From assembly GCA_963740315.1 (NCBI GenBank), contig CAVUDP010000002.1:1120001-1184000 (forward strand): a stretch of DNA of 64,000 bases. The letters are read 5' to 3'. Source of the stretch: an uncultured cyanobacterium (GTDB lineage: Bacteria > Cyanobacteriota > Cyanobacteriia > Cyanobacteriales > Nostocaceae). The position numbers and the translations under genes are program-made. Positions 1-12,784 of the stretch are shown in pieces. Every line of letters starts with the position of its first letter. Positions within the stretch are counted from its first letter, which is position 1. Under the pieces are notes generated by a model. It did not search any database, was not told the origin of the DNA, and saw only the letters and a program-made list of their open reading frames with translations.

Positions 1-334
1 CATCATCGCATCGCGCTCGCCAAGAATTGCCTTCATATAAAACTCGTCCTGGTTGCCCCGGTGTTATTTCAGTGATAGTCTCGGCTAAAATCGCATCCCG
101 AATTTTCGATTTACGTCGTCGTGGCGAAATATATTTGCGGGTAAGCACTATTAATGATGCGGAAAGCAGCAACCAAGACAATACTTGCAGCCATAAATTT
201 CCCACTGCTAAAGACAACAACGCTACTACAAAGGCGCTGATGCCCATCATAAAAGCGACAAAAGCAGTCGGGATAAATAATTCCGACAAACACAAACAGG
301 CTCCCGCTATCAGCCATATTAAAGTTGTGGTCAT
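1..334 (-). CDS. NfeD-family membrane protein (partial, runs off window start)
   Basis: Not in the ORF track. Manual minus-strand translation from ATG at 334 gives MTTTLIWLIAGACLCLSELFIPTAFVAFMMGISAF...ETITEITPGQPGRVLYEGNSWRARCDD, a typical short NfeD/YbbJ pattern. Confidence 0.8.
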   Translation of the reverse strand, partial: MTTTLIWLIAGACLCLSELFIPTAFVAFMMGISAFVVALLSLAVGNLWLQVLSWLLLSASLIVLTRKYISPRRRKSKIRDAILAETITEITPGQPGRVLYEGNSWRARCDD

Positions 335-656
335 ATATCATCCTAAAACATACATTCAGGATAAATTGATTCGCAGTTACTAGTACATACAAAGCTTCAC
401 TATGCAGTTGCAAGCTTTTCGATCGCTTCAAAAAGAAAGATTTATTTAATCCTATCCGTACTAAATTTAAATACACTTGCGTGCGAATAATTTTCGGAAA
501 GTAAAGATTGTTCTTTTTGCGGTAAATTTTGATTACTTCTAAAAACAAACTTTGGTTAAAAGGATACTCACTCAGTCTAATCCAAGCCCAAATTCTTTGA
601 CTGCAAAATGTAATTGAAATTTACGTATTGATACTAATCGATGGAATTTATACCTG

Positions 657-2579
657 ATGATTTCTACTCAAAGGATAGTTTATTGCCCGAATCTCCACTG
701 TACCGACCCCGTAAATACAGTAGGGAATCGCCTTTGCGCTAATTGTTTTACACCTCTTGTCTACCGATATGTTTGGGCAGTAGATGCTAAAAAAAATAAT
801 CTGGAACCGGGAGAAAAAATTGCTTCTCGTTACTCCGTCTTATCTCCTCAAATTTGGCTGGATACTCAGCCAATAAAAACACCAGATATACTCGAAAATT
901 TACCTAATAATACTCTTCCCTATCTGCGTCTGCATCAATATCGATTACACGTACCTCATGTATACGGATTTACACGATTGCGTCAAGACAGTGAAGATAA
1001 TATCTTGTTGCTAGAAAATGCACCGATCGACGACAAAGGTAGTCTTTATCCGGCAATTACTGATGTATGGGATTCAACGGCAGTAAGACAAGTTTACTGG
1101 TTGTGGCAGATTCTCGAATTGTGGCAGCCTTTATCCGAATTAGGAGTTGCGGGTAGTTTACTCGTCACAGAAAACCTGCGCGTACAAGGATGGTGCGTGC
1201 GCTTGCTCGAACTTACAGAAAATGCGATCGCGCCAACTTTACAGCAGCTAGGAGAATGTTGGCGACCAATTGTAGCTGTTTCCCACACAAAAGTTAACAA
1301 TCCGTTAAAAAAAATTGTTAAACAAATGTGTAGCGGCGTGGTTGATTTTGACGCTATTTCGACACAACTCAATCAGCTATTACTATCAGTAGCAGCAGAA
1401 TTACCTTTAACTTTGAAAGTATCTGGAATTACAGATAAAGGAAACCGATTACCCAGAAACGAAGACAATTGTTTCCCCGCATCCGCAGATTCTAAAGACT
1501 CTTTATTACCCCAGGTATCTCTGGTTTGCGATGGTATAGGCGGACACGAAGGTGGTGAAGTTGCCTCCACTTTGGCTGTAGAGTCAATAAAATTACAAAT
1601 TCGTGCATTACTTGCTGAAGTTGCACTTTCTAACGAAGTTGTATCTCCAGATTTGTTGAAACAGCAAATTGAAGCAAGTTTGCGAGTTGTAAATAACTTA
1701 ATTTGCAACGCCAACGATCGCCAAAAACGCGAAAAAAGAGAACGCATGGCGACAACCTTAGTAATGGCGGTGCAGATACCGCAAAGCGTGCAAACTACTG
1801 CTAATTGGCGATCGTCCAATGCTTGCGAACTTTATCTAGCTAATGTCGGTGATAGTCGCGCTTACTGGATTACTCGCGAATATTGTCAGTTACTAACAGT
1901 TGATGACGATGTTGCAACGCGGGAAGTAATTCACACCCGTAGCTTATACCGTCAAGCATTACACCGTCCCGATGCGACTGCTCTGACTCAAGCCTTAGGT
2001 ACCAAAGCAGGCGAATTTCTCCACCCCCAAATTAGACGCTTTATTTTAGAAGAAGATGGAATATTGCTGTTATGTTCCGACGGTTTGAGCGACAACAATT
2101 TGGTAGAACATCATTGGCGCGATTACGCCTTACCTGTATTAACGGGGGAAGTGACAACCCAACAAGCCGTTGATTCTTGGATAAAGTTAGCCAATCAAAG
2201 AAACGGACACGACAACATTTCAGTAGTTATAACTCATTGCCGCGTCATCCCAGATTACTTAGCCGTAGTAAGTCCTAAAGCATCTGATATAGAAGTTTTA
2301 GAAGGAGAAACAGCTTATAAGGAAGATGAATTAGCACAAAGTTCCCAAGCACTTTTAGACTTGCAAGTTTCCGACGACGAACCCGTTACAACCACCGCTC
2401 CCGCAGCCGCCAAGAAATCAAAACGCAATCCAATATTATTACTATCCGGATTACTGCTGTTCGTTTTACTAGGTACGGCATTAGGATTGTTAGCATGGTG
2501 GCTGATTAATCCCAAATCATTTAACACAACCTGCAAGCAACTTCCCCAGGAAGTGCAGGAGGTTTGTCCTCCTTATTGA
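657..2579 (+). CDS. PP2C/PPM-family Ser/Thr protein phosphatase with N-terminal Cys4 zinc ribbon and C-terminal transmembrane helix
   Basis: NED, VCDGIGGHEGGEVAS, ANVGDSRAY, LLCSDGLSD and GHDNISV motifs. N-terminal CPNLHC...CANC and a hydrophobic C-terminal helix. Confidence 0.9.
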   Translation: MISTQRIVYCPNLHCTDPVNTVGNRLCANCFTPLVYRYVWAVDAKKNNLEPGEKIASRYSVLSPQIWLDTQPIKTPDILENLPNNTLPYLRLHQYRLHVPHVYGFTRLRQDSEDNILLLENAPIDDKGSLYPAITDVWDSTAVRQVYWLWQILELWQPLSELGVAGSLLVTENLRVQGWCVRLLELTENAIAPTLQQLGECWRPIVAVSHTKVNNPLKKIVKQMCSGVVDFDAISTQLNQLLLSVAAELPLTLKVSGITDKGNRLPRNEDNCFPASADSKDSLLPQVSLVCDGIGGHEGGEVASTLAVESIKLQIRALLAEVALSNEVVSPDLLKQQIEASLRVVNNLICNANDRQKREKRERMATTLVMAVQIPQSVQTTANWRSSNACELYLANVGDSRAYWITREYCQLLTVDDDVATREVIHTRSLYRQALHRPDATALTQALGTKAGEFLHPQIRRFILEEDGILLLCSDGLSDNNLVEHHWRDYALPVLTGEVTTQQAVDSWIKLANQRNGHDNISVVITHCRVIPDYLAVVSPKASDIEVLEGETAYKEDELAQSSQALLDLQVSDDEPVTTTAPAAAKKSKRNPILLLSGLLLFVLLGTALGLLAWWLINPKSFNTTCKQLPQEVQEVCPPY

Positions 2580-2585
2580 GGAGAC

Positions 2586-2950
2586 AAGGGGATGGGGGGA
2601 TGGGGGGATGGGGGGATGGGGGAACAAGGAAATGGGGGGATTAATGATTTTGAAAATAGTAGTGCATGGTAGTGCGAGCATCTTGCTCGCTTGAGATAGA
2701 TAGCGAGCATCTTGCTCGCACTACTCATAATTTGATTAATTACTCCCGTCTCGCTCAACAAGATTACCGATAAAATTTCTTCCCCCTCTCCCCCTCTTCC
2801 CCCTCTCCCCCTCTTCCCCCTCACTCAATTAGCCGGAAAGGGAGTATTAAAAATTGCTATAACTCCGGTGGTCCTAACTCCGGTGATCCTAACTCCCAAC
2901 TCCCAACTCTTTAACCTTTAACCTTTAATATGCAGACCTTTAACCTTAAT
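2586..2950. repeat. Intergenic STRR/REP mosaic
   Basis: (GGGGGAT)n, (CCCCTCT)n and (TTTAACC)n tracts, plus the palindromic element TAGTGCGAGCATCTTGCTCGC...GCGAGCATCTTGCTCGCACTA at about 2670-2723. Confidence 0.8.
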
Positions 2951-3225
2951 ACTAGTTGACCAAAGTAAACATAAAGAGTGAATATATAAAGATTAGACCT
3001 CTTGCCTTGATGTCAGGTGGCTTTTAGTGCTTCTTAATTTCCGTTGATGTTTTTGCTTGTAGGAAGTATCAACGGTGAAGCCTAAGAAAGCTCGCTGTTT
3101 TGTATGACAGTCTCGCTGACACAGTTGTATGTATGGCTTCTGTATCATATTTAAAAGCTAAAACAAAATTTAAAGTGGCAGGCAGTCTATATCTTGATAA
3201 AAAACGAATTAACTGAGGGATAGCC

Positions 3226-3492
3226 GTGACGACAGTTGTGGAAAACCAAAAGCTGGATGTAAATAGTGATATGAAAGTTGGCGATCGCGTTCGTGTAACT
3301 GAATCTGTAGTAATGTATCATCATCCCGAACATCGAGGTGAAGCTTTCGATCTCAAAGGCTTAGAAGGGGAAGTGATCAATATTGCTACCGAGTGGCAAG
3401 GAAGACCTGTTAGTGCAAATTTCCCTATTCAAGTGAAGTTTACTAAAAAGTTTAAAGCTCACTTACGTACTACGGAGTTAGAAAAAATTTAA
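3226..3492 (+). CDS. ftrV: Ferredoxin-thioredoxin reductase, variable chain
   Basis: MKVGDRVRVTESVVMYHHPEHR...WQGRPVSANFP...FKAHL. The true start may be ATG 3271. Confidence 0.9.
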   Translation: MTTVVENQKLDVNSDMKVGDRVRVTESVVMYHHPEHRGEAFDLKGLEGEVINIATEWQGRPVSANFPIQVKFTKKFKAHLRTTELEKI

Positions 3493-3495
3493 ACT

Positions 3496-3720
3496 TTAGC
3501 TTCTGCGGCGAAACCACTGAAATATATTCAGTTCGCCGCGCATTTTTTTTAGTTCTTCACGATTGCTTTGAGCGATCGCATAATACCACTCACAATAATC
3601 TCTAAACTCCGAGCGCACTTCAATTTCTCGGTAAAATTGGTGAGTAGTTTCATTAACAGCAATAGTTTCTTCTACTTGAGATTCTGGCAACGGAACTATT
3701 CTTCGTAATTCTTGAGACAT
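3496..3720 (-). CDS. Small hypothetical protein
   Basis: 74-aa ATG ORF with protein-like composition, convergent with ftrV. Confidence 0.65.
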   Translation of the reverse strand: MSQELRRIVPLPESQVEETIAVNETTHQFYREIEVRSEFRDYCEWYYAIAQSNREELKKMRGELNIFQWFRRRS

Positions 3721-3823
3721 TGTTATTAGTTGTTAGTTATTAGTTGTTAGTTGTTAGTCGTTAGCTGATATACTGACAAGCCTTGCGCTGCTCGACGTTC
3801 TTAACTGCTAACTGGTAACTGAC

Positions 3824-4615
3824 TCAAACCCACCCACGCAAACGGTATACAACCATACCTATATACTCTTTGAGAGCGCTGGTAAAGTTCTCTAAATTCT
3901 TGCTGTCTGGCAACAAATTTAAAATTGCACCTTTGGGGGTACTAGCTAGTTCTTGAATTTCACCCTTTGTAACTAGAAAATCAGTGGGTGCGGCAATAGC
4001 TTCAATTTTTTGATGTTTGAAAATCGCCAGCGATCGCGGCATATGCATTGCTGAAGTTACTAGTAGTATACGGTCAATATTACGTTCTAAAAGAATTTTT
4101 TTGACATTTACGGCGTTTTGATAGGTATTTAGCGAATCGGGGTCTTGTAAAATATCTTTCGATGGTACTCCCATAAAACTAAGTAATTTTGCGATATCTT
4201 CTGACTCTGGCGTACCACCACCGTGCCAATCAATACGACCACCACTAACAACGATGAGAGGAGCTTTTTCTTCGCGGTAAAGTTGAACTGCGTAAAGAAC
4301 TCTATCTCCTGCTTCGCTTAAGTCTACAGTTTTTCGCGGTTCGTAAGCTGATCTAGTAGCACCACCCAACACTACTATTGCTTCTGCTGTTGGTAATTCT
4401 GCCAACGGAATATTTTGCCATTCTAAGGAACGCACCATAAAGCGAGAAACCCAAGCATTAGAGCTAAATAACAATACAAACAACGCTAGTGCAATGCAAA
4501 ATGCTGCTACACGCGGTCGTTTCCAAAGCAAGAACAGCGCTAAAAAGCTACAAATACAAGCGAACCCTAGAGGATAGAAAAAAAGGGGTAGCAGTTTAGA
4601 AAGATATAAAAACAT
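3824..4615 (-). CDS. YdcF/DUF218 family protein
   Basis: N-terminal TM helices, IVVLGG, SGG, S-x-NTYQNA, LLVTSAMHMPRS and LKEYIG motifs. Confidence 0.9.
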   Translation of the reverse strand: MFLYLSKLLPLFFYPLGFACICSFLALFLLWKRPRVAAFCIALALFVLLFSSNAWVSRFMVRSLEWQNIPLAELPTAEAIVVLGGATRSAYEPRKTVDLSEAGDRVLYAVQLYREEKAPLIVVSGGRIDWHGGGTPESEDIAKLLSFMGVPSKDILQDPDSLNTYQNAVNVKKILLERNIDRILLVTSAMHMPRSLAIFKHQKIEAIAAPTDFLVTKGEIQELASTPKGAILNLLPDSKNLENFTSALKEYIGMVVYRLRGWV

Positions 4616-4904
4616 GAGTTATATATTTTGTTAATTATTAATTATTAGTTATGGGTTAGGAGTTATGAGTTAAAACTACCGTCCGTATTAGTTATGAGCT
4701 ATAAGTTATTGCAGTTTAAACTCAAGAAAACCTTAAGAAACTGGGTTTTATAAAACAAAAATTAAATATTTATAATTTAATGATGAGAAATAAACCCAGG
4801 TTTCAATCGCTTTCTTAAGATACAAACTGTGAAGTAATAACTCTTAACTTTTAATTTCTAACTTCTAACTTCCGTCCTCATAACTCCCTCTGGTTAAATT
4901 TGGG

Positions 4905-5414
4905 CTACTTTTCCCAAAACTTAATGTTGATTCCAGAACGGCGACGGTAACGACGGGTAGTTTTTCTAGTTCGCTGCAAGTTTCTCTGTGCCGAGGAAAC
5001 TCCCTCATCTTCAATTTGTATATCTCGCTGACTCTGATTTATTTTGGTAACGGTTGGTTCCTTGCTTCCCCACCAAGCAAAAACAAAGCCCCCGCTCAAA
5101 CCAGCTAATCCACTTAGCAAAATGCTCACGGGCGGTTGATAGCCTAAAAGTAAAAAGCTAAGCAAGAAAAATAACCAGTATTTGAGTCCAGCATCTACAC
5201 CATCAGAAGATGCTACAGTTTCGGGATGGGGACCGTCTCTAGTTGTTGTTGTAAACAAGCCTAATCCTAACCCTCCTAATATTCCGAGGAAGACGCTTAG
5301 TTCCAGTTTTCTAGAAGACAGGAAAAATACAAACGCTAAAAATATTCCGAATATCAGTTGAGAAAGAAAGCTTTGAGATATAGGTAACAAATTACCAGAA
5401 CTTTTTTTTGCCAT
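4905..5414 (-). CDS. Hypothetical membrane protein
   Basis: 169 aa with about four hydrophobic segments and a basic C-terminal tail. Confidence 0.7.
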   Translation of the reverse strand: MAKKSSGNLLPISQSFLSQLIFGIFLAFVFFLSSRKLELSVFLGILGGLGLGLFTTTTRDGPHPETVASSDGVDAGLKYWLFFLLSFLLLGYQPPVSILLSGLAGLSGGFVFAWWGSKEPTVTKINQSQRDIQIEDEGVSSAQRNLQRTRKTTRRYRRRSGINIKFWEK

Positions 5415-5669
5415 AATTCGGCTATTGGCTAATTAGTTGTTTTAATTGTGCCTCTTGGGGCTGAGTTGTATCCAAAATTTTGAGATCCGATTTTTCTTTC
5501 TCGGTAAATGGTTCGGCTGCTTTCATTTGTGATAGTAACAAATCGGCGGTTGAATCTGCTACGTCAGCCGCGCCCTTGACAGTTGTTCGTGCAACACTCT
5601 TTGTGATGCGATACAAACAAACGTACTTTTTTAATGACTGTTTGTAGTATTTTGCATCCAAAATTACAC

Positions 5670-5696
5670 AAAAAAACCAGGAGTTCGCCCCCTGGT
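5670..5696 (-). terminator. Probable intrinsic terminator after rplY
   Basis: ACCAGG...CCTGGT hairpin followed by a T-run on the minus strand, about 25 nt after the rplY stop. Confidence 0.55.
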
Positions 5697-5719
5697 ATTG
5701 TAATCTAATCAAGCATCGT

Positions 5720-6358
5720 TCAAGTAGTTTCAGGCTTAGCTTCCGCTACGGTTTCTTCTTCGGTTCCACCTTCACCTTCATCTTCTTCTGTTGTTGCAGT
5801 AACTTGAGGTGGTAAAACACTAACAACTAGTTCGGACGATTCTGCTGTTAAACTTACGCCTTCGGGTAACTTAATTTCATTAACGTGCAAGTTCTCGCCT
5901 ACTTTTAAATCGGTAACGTCAATATCAATTGAATCGGGAATGTTTTCCGGCAAACAGTTTAGCTGCATTTCAGTAATTACGGTATCTAATATACCGCCTT
6001 CTTGTTTTACACCAAATGCTTCGCCGATAAAGTTCAAAGGTACTTCTACTGTCATTTTACCATGACCTGCGACAGCAAAAAAGCTGAGATGGTAAGGTTT
6101 ACCTGATGCGGGATGAGCTTGAACTTCTCGCAGTAAGGTTTGACCTTTCCAAGAATCATCGTCAATTTTTAAGTCAATTAAGGTGTTATTAACCGAAGCT
6201 TTTTTGAGCAAGCGTTCGACAGTTTTAGCATTAATTACTAAAGAAATTGATTCCGTACCTTTATGCCCGTATAAATTGGCAGGAATTTCTCCAGAACGAC
6301 GCAAAGCCTTAGTTTTGCTTCCTTCTGGTCGTTTTTGACATTCGACCGTCATTTCCAT
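5720..6358 (-). CDS. rplY: 50S ribosomal protein L25 / general stress protein Ctc
   Basis: [52 protein letters not shown] and an acidic tail. Confidence 0.95.
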   Translation of the reverse strand: MEMTVECQKRPEGSKTKALRRSGEIPANLYGHKGTESISLVINAKTVERLLKKASVNNTLIDLKIDDDSWKGQTLLREVQAHPASGKPYHLSFFAVAGHGKMTVEVPLNFIGEAFGVKQEGGILDTVITEMQLNCLPENIPDSIDIDVTDLKVGENLHVNEIKLPEGVSLTAESSELVVSVLPPQVTATTEEDEGEGGTEEETVAEAKPETT

Positions 6359-6452
6359 TGTTTTGTTCTTATTAATTAAGGATCGGTTTACAGTTATTAG
6401 AGATTGGTTATACCGCGTCTCTAAAATATACAGACAAATATCACATTGTACC

Positions 6453-7802
<1,350 letters not shown>

Positions 7803-8548
7803 TTATTAAGAATACAGTTTCCACAAATGATTATTATCCACACGTTAAGTTACTAATGTCAAGACTAACAAGCCACATTATTCAAGAAAATGTCACTCTC
7901 GTTATAAATTCGTGACATACGTAATCTTTTGCTCGATCGGAATTGATTCATTTACTACAATTTACAATTTGAGTTCTGGTAAAATAATTAACAATTTAAC
8001 CCTAGAACTATTCAGTAGCATTCTTAACTTACATTTACGAATAAAGTCAAAGTAATGGTTCAACAAGAAATGTATAAAATATGTATAGATAAAACGTATG
8101 TTTATAGTTATTTATCCATCATAATCAACTTAATTATCATTGTTAATTGCAAGAGATATTAATACAAAAAAGAATTTTACTAAATGTTATATTAAGAGCT
8201 TTACAATAATCGCCAAAAATATTAAATTATTTATTTGAACTTTTATTTGTTCTTTTTCGCTTTGAGGATGCGAGTAAATACTTTCGGCTTCTCTATATTT
8301 TGTTACTAGTGTTTATTGATTAAGTATTCGTCAATTTAGATGAATCGGCAGTTTTACGATCGTTATTATTTTTTGATGAAACTTTTATGCCACGAATACT
8401 TCTTGATTTAAGAGTGCGATCGTAAAACCGCTATTCCTAAATTGAAAATGACGGTAAATAGATTTGCATCAATATAAATCCGAAAATTTTGCACGATCGA
8501 TTCTTTAAATTACTTGATATTTGATTTTAAAAAACCTTTCCTCCACAC

Positions 8549-11056
8549 ATGATGAAATCATCTAGCATTAAAAAATTAAGAATAGTATTTATACTCTTCA
8601 TTTGTGTAGTTTTTGCGAATGGGGTGATTTCATATCGCAACACTATCAGCCTAAAAATCAATCAACAAACTGTAGATCGTTCACATCAAGTAATTACTCA
8701 GCTTCAAAGAACGCTTTCAACTTTCAAAGATGCTCAAATATCTGGTTATAAGTACATAATCTCAACTAATACAGATTATTTAAAATCCTATGTTGCCGCA
8801 CGCGAACAAATTGAAGTCAATCTTCAATCATTGAAATATTTAGTTGATAATAACGATCGAGAGCGGCAGAGAATCTTATTACTCGAAAAAAAAATTACTA
8901 GTAGACTTAATCTATTTGGAGAAGAATTATATCTCAACCAAAATAACAAATTTAATGTATCTGAAGATATAGCCCTAACAAATGATATAAAAAGCTTAGT
9001 TGATTCAATTGAGAATGCGGAACAAAATTTATTATTAAATAGAATTAATCGCTCGCAATTCAGCTTCCAAAAAGTAAATAAGGCCTTTTTTATTGCTGTC
9101 TGTGTCAATTTAGGATTGGTTGCTCAACTTTATTATCTGCTTAAAGGTTACATAGTTAAACTTCAAAAAACACAAGTAGCTTTGCGACAAAGTGAAAACC
9201 GCTTGCAAGCAATAATAGAAAATCAACCCGAATCGATTAAGCTAATTGACAAAGATGGTACTCTTTTAGAAATAAATGCCTCTGGGTTAGCAATGATGGA
9301 GGCTTCCGCCGATCGCATAATTGGTAAATCGATATATTCTACAGTTACGCCGTCAGGTAAAAAAGCCTATAAATTAATGCATGAAAGCGTTTGCCGGGGT
9401 AACAAAGAAACTTTAAAATTCGAGATGATTGGATTCAAAGGTACTCGTCGCTGGATGGAAACCCATGCCGTACCCTTACCAAATGATAACGGTGGTTTTT
9501 TACATTTAGCCATAACTCGCGACATCACCCAGCATAAAACTTCAGAACAAAAACTCCAACTTCAAGCTGCACTATTAAATGTAGTCACAAACGCAATTTT
9601 AGTCAAAGATGTTCATAATCGAATTTCATATTGGAATAAAGGTGCCGAAAATATCTACGGTTGGCAAGCATCCGAAGTAGTTGGAAAAAAATCATCGCGA
9701 TTGCTATATCAAGAATATTCGTCACAACAAGACGATGCATTATTAAGCGTTATCGATTCTGGTATTTGGCAAGGTGAGTTACATCAAGTAACCAAAAAAG
9801 GTAAAAATATTATTGTTAAAAGTCGGTGGACGCTATTGCGAGACGATAAGGGAAAACCAAAGTCAATTTTAGTAGAAAATACAGAAATTACCAAAAAGAA
9901 ACAACTCGAAACTCAACTGTTAAGAACCCAACGTTTAGAAAGTATCGGTACCTTAGCAGGCGGTATCGCTCACGATTTAAATAATGTATTAGCACCGATT
10001 TTAATGTCAGTTCAATTATTAGAGAGAAAATTACAAGATTCGCAACAGTTGCGATTACTCAAAACTTTAGAAAATAATACTCAACGCGGTGCTAGTTTAA
10101 TCAAACAGTTGTTATCCTTTGCTAGAGGTATTGAAGGTAAACGCAGTCTTATTCAAGTCAAATATTTAATTGCAGAAATTGAGCAAATTGTCAGAGAAAC
10201 TTTTCCTAAATCAATTCAATTAGATGTAAATATAGCGCCAGATTTAGGTCATGTTTGCGGCGATACTACTCAACTGCATCAGATACTGATGAACTTGGTA
10301 GTAAATGCCCGCGATGCGATGCCTCAAGGAGGTGAACTCAAAATTACTGCCGAAAATCTGATAGTTGATGAATATTATGCTCAAATGAATATCTATGCCA
10401 AAGTCGGTGATTATATTGCGATCGCCGTAACCGATACAGGAATAGGTATGCATCCAGAAATTCAATCACAAATTTTTGAACCATTTTTTACTACAAAAGA
10501 AGTAGGTAAAGGTACGGGTTTAGGTCTTTCTACCGCTTTAGGTATTGTTAAAAACCACGGCGGTTTTGTGAATGTTTATAGTCAGCTAAATAAAGGTACT
10601 ATTATTAAAATTTATTTACCCGCTCAGCCCAGTCAAGAAAAAAATATTTCCTGTTGCGATCGCTCCGAAAATCTTAATGGTAGTGGCGAATTAATTTTAG
10701 TAGTTGATGATGAACCAGCTATCCGCCAAATTACTAAATCATCTTTAGAAGCATATAATTACCGCGTACTAACAGCATCTAATGGAATCGAAGCTGTGGA
10801 AATCTACGCCGAATATAAAAGTGAAATCAATATAGTTTTGCTGGACACGATCATGCCTGAAATGGATGGTGAAACTACGATCCAGTTGTTACAAAAAATC
10901 AACGCTGATGTAAGAATTATTGCTATTAGTGGCTTGGAATTAGATCGCGAGACTACTGGGTTATTAAGTCAAGGCGTGAAAGCATTTATATCAAAACCCT
11001 GTACTGGCAAGGAATTATTGCAGGCGATCGGTAAAGTTTCCCAAGAATTTAAATAG
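8549..11056 (+). CDS. Hybrid sensor histidine kinase (CHASE3-like sensor, 2 PAS, HisKA, HATPase, receiver)
   Basis: Two TM helices around a periplasmic domain, two PAS/PAC segments, [12 protein letters not shown]-box, [23 protein letters not shown] and GTGLGL, and a C-terminal ILVVDDE receiver. Confidence 0.95.
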   Translation: MMKSSSIKKLRIVFILFICVVFANGVISYRNTISLKINQQTVDRSHQVITQLQRTLSTFKDAQISGYKYIISTNTDYLKSYVAAREQIEVNLQSLKYLVDNNDRERQRILLLEKKITSRLNLFGEELYLNQNNKFNVSEDIALTNDIKSLVDSIENAEQNLLLNRINRSQFSFQKVNKAFFIAVCVNLGLVAQLYYLLKGYIVKLQKTQVALRQSENRLQAIIENQPESIKLIDKDGTLLEINASGLAMMEASADRIIGKSIYSTVTPSGKKAYKLMHESVCRGNKETLKFEMIGFKGTRRWMETHAVPLPNDNGGFLHLAITRDITQHKTSEQKLQLQAALLNVVTNAILVKDVHNRISYWNKGAENIYGWQASEVVGKKSSRLLYQEYSSQQDDALLSVIDSGIWQGELHQVTKKGKNIIVKSRWTLLRDDKGKPKSILVENTEITKKKQLETQLLRTQRLESIGTLAGGIAHDLNNVLAPILMSVQLLERKLQDSQQLRLLKTLENNTQRGASLIKQLLSFARGIEGKRSLIQVKYLIAEIEQIVRETFPKSIQLDVNIAPDLGHVCGDTTQLHQILMNLVVNARDAMPQGGELKITAENLIVDEYYAQMNIYAKVGDYIAIAVTDTGIGMHPEIQSQIFEPFFTTKEVGKGTGLGLSTALGIVKNHGGFVNVYSQLNKGTIIKIYLPAQPSQEKNISCCDRSENLNGSGELILVVDDEPAIRQITKSSLEAYNYRVLTASNGIEAVEIYAEYKSEINIVLLDTIMPEMDGETTIQLLQKINADVRIIAISGLELDRETTGLLSQGVKAFISKPCTGKELLQAIGKVSQEFK

Positions 11057-11143
11057 AATTTACCAAAAAATTTATTGTGTATATATTTTTTTACTGTTTG
11101 TTTTTGTTACCATTAATAAAATTTTTAGAATAAAATCTCAATT

Positions 11144-12190
11144 ATGGCTTTATACGCTGAATTGCATAGACATCTGGGCGGTTCGGTTGTACCCCGGATT
11201 TTATGGGGATATTTCGAGCGTCATTCCTCAGAATTCGTTGCACGCTTTTCTGATTATCAAGAATTTGAAGAGTTTTACACCAAACCCCGCAATACTTTAG
11301 AAGAATATCTCGAATTGCATACTTTAGTAGAAAGCGTGCAAACTGTAGAAACTTTGCCCTACTTTATTTATCGGTTGGTACGCGGTGCATATATTTTCGA
11401 GAATTTAGCCTACTTAGAACTGCGCTATACTCCCTACCTGCGAACCCCAGAACATTTAAGTCAATCAGAAAGAATTGACAAGATGGCGGAGATTGTTGAT
11501 GTTGTGGGTAAAGCAAGCATTGTACCAGAATATCCGATTGTTACGAGTCAGATATTGTGCATGCACTCGCGACTCCCTTATGAGGTGAACAAAGCGATCG
11601 TAGATTTAGCCGCTCAAAATAGACAGTATGTATGTGCTGTAGATGTAGCGGGGGGAGATAGCGCTTATGGCGAACGGATGGATGAATGGAAAAAGCTTTA
11701 CGAATACGCTTTATCCGTTGGTTTAAATACTACCGGACACCTTTATGAAACCAAAGATGGCTGTCATCCAGAATTAATACCTTATTTAATGCGAATTGGT
11801 CACGGTATTCAAATTCCGCTGTTATATCCAGATTTACTTTCAGATGTAGCAAGTCGCGGACAATGTTTGGAAGTGTGTCCGACAACTTACATTAAAACGG
11901 GTACCTTGCAAGATATGCGCCAGTTAAAATTGGTGTTTGAGCGTTGTTTTGATGCTGGGGTAGATATCGCGATTTGTACCGATAACGCCGGGTTACATAA
12001 CGTGCGTTTACCATTCGAGTACGAAAATCTTTTGACTTATGACATTATCGGCTTTGAAATGCTCCAAGCTTGTCAGGATGCCGCTTTCCGTCATGCTTTT
12101 GCTTGGCCTTACGGAGGCGAACGTCCGGCGCAGTTGTTAAATGGGTTACTCCACCCTCAACCCCAAAAAGCAGTAATTGCTAATAGATAG
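11144..12190 (+). CDS. add: Adenosine deaminase family protein
   Basis: AELHRHLGGS, YLELRYTP, GHLYE, RIGHG, LEVCPT and CTDN metal-binding motifs. Confidence 0.85.
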   Translation: MALYAELHRHLGGSVVPRILWGYFERHSSEFVARFSDYQEFEEFYTKPRNTLEEYLELHTLVESVQTVETLPYFIYRLVRGAYIFENLAYLELRYTPYLRTPEHLSQSERIDKMAEIVDVVGKASIVPEYPIVTSQILCMHSRLPYEVNKAIVDLAAQNRQYVCAVDVAGGDSAYGERMDEWKKLYEYALSVGLNTTGHLYETKDGCHPELIPYLMRIGHGIQIPLLYPDLLSDVASRGQCLEVCPTTYIKTGTLQDMRQLKLVFERCFDAGVDIAICTDNAGLHNVRLPFEYENLLTYDIIGFEMLQACQDAAFRHAFAWPYGGERPAQLLNGLLHPQPQKAVIANR

Positions 12191-12390
12191 TTAGAAGTGA
12201 CTAGTTAAAAAGTATTTTTTGTTGCAGCAAAGTGAATTTTTATTGTTTGGTTAAAAGTTAATTATCGAAGAAATATTTTAAGGAAACAAGCGCAAACGAA
12301 TCCATAGTTGGCGTGCAGTAATTTGTGGCTGACTATTCATTCCTAAGCTCTCAACAGTAGTTTTTCCAATCGTAGTTAAGATAAATGGTT

Positions 12391-12461
12391 TGTTGGGTTT
12401 CACTTCGTTCAACCCAACAAACGGTTGATAATGTTGGGTTTCGTTCCTCAACCCAACCTAC
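12391..12461. repeat. Two REP-like palindromes (GTAG family)
   Basis: TGTTGGGTT...AACCCAACA and TGTTGGGTT...AACCCAACCTAC. Confidence 0.7.
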
Positions 12462-12784
12462 AGTTCTTAAGTCAGAAACAAGCGGGGAAGCAGATAAATC
12501 TCTTCAAAAATAAATATTGAAAATAAAATACATTAACCATCTGTATAATTACTAAAGATAATAGTATTATTTTCTTTGATTATTTACTTGATCCGCGCTA
12601 TATTCTCATGGAATTAATAGATTAATACTTAATTATTGGTAAATTTTAAAACGGCATGAATATTTTTATTTAAGTATAAAATAAATCATTACAAAATCTT
12701 AAAAAGGATGAATTTGTATTAACAACTAAGATAAAACATGGTTGTGCGGTAGAGTAATTTGTATCTTCGCCAACATTGTACGCT

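Noticed and set aside
27..548. ORFs 27-383 (+) and 111-548 (-)
   Set aside because: Shadow frames of the NfeD-family gene at 1-334 on the minus strand.
5422..5712. 96-aa ORF between rplY and the membrane protein gene
   Set aside because: Non-ATG start, spans a likely terminator and has no recognisable motif. It may be a remnant but is unsupported.
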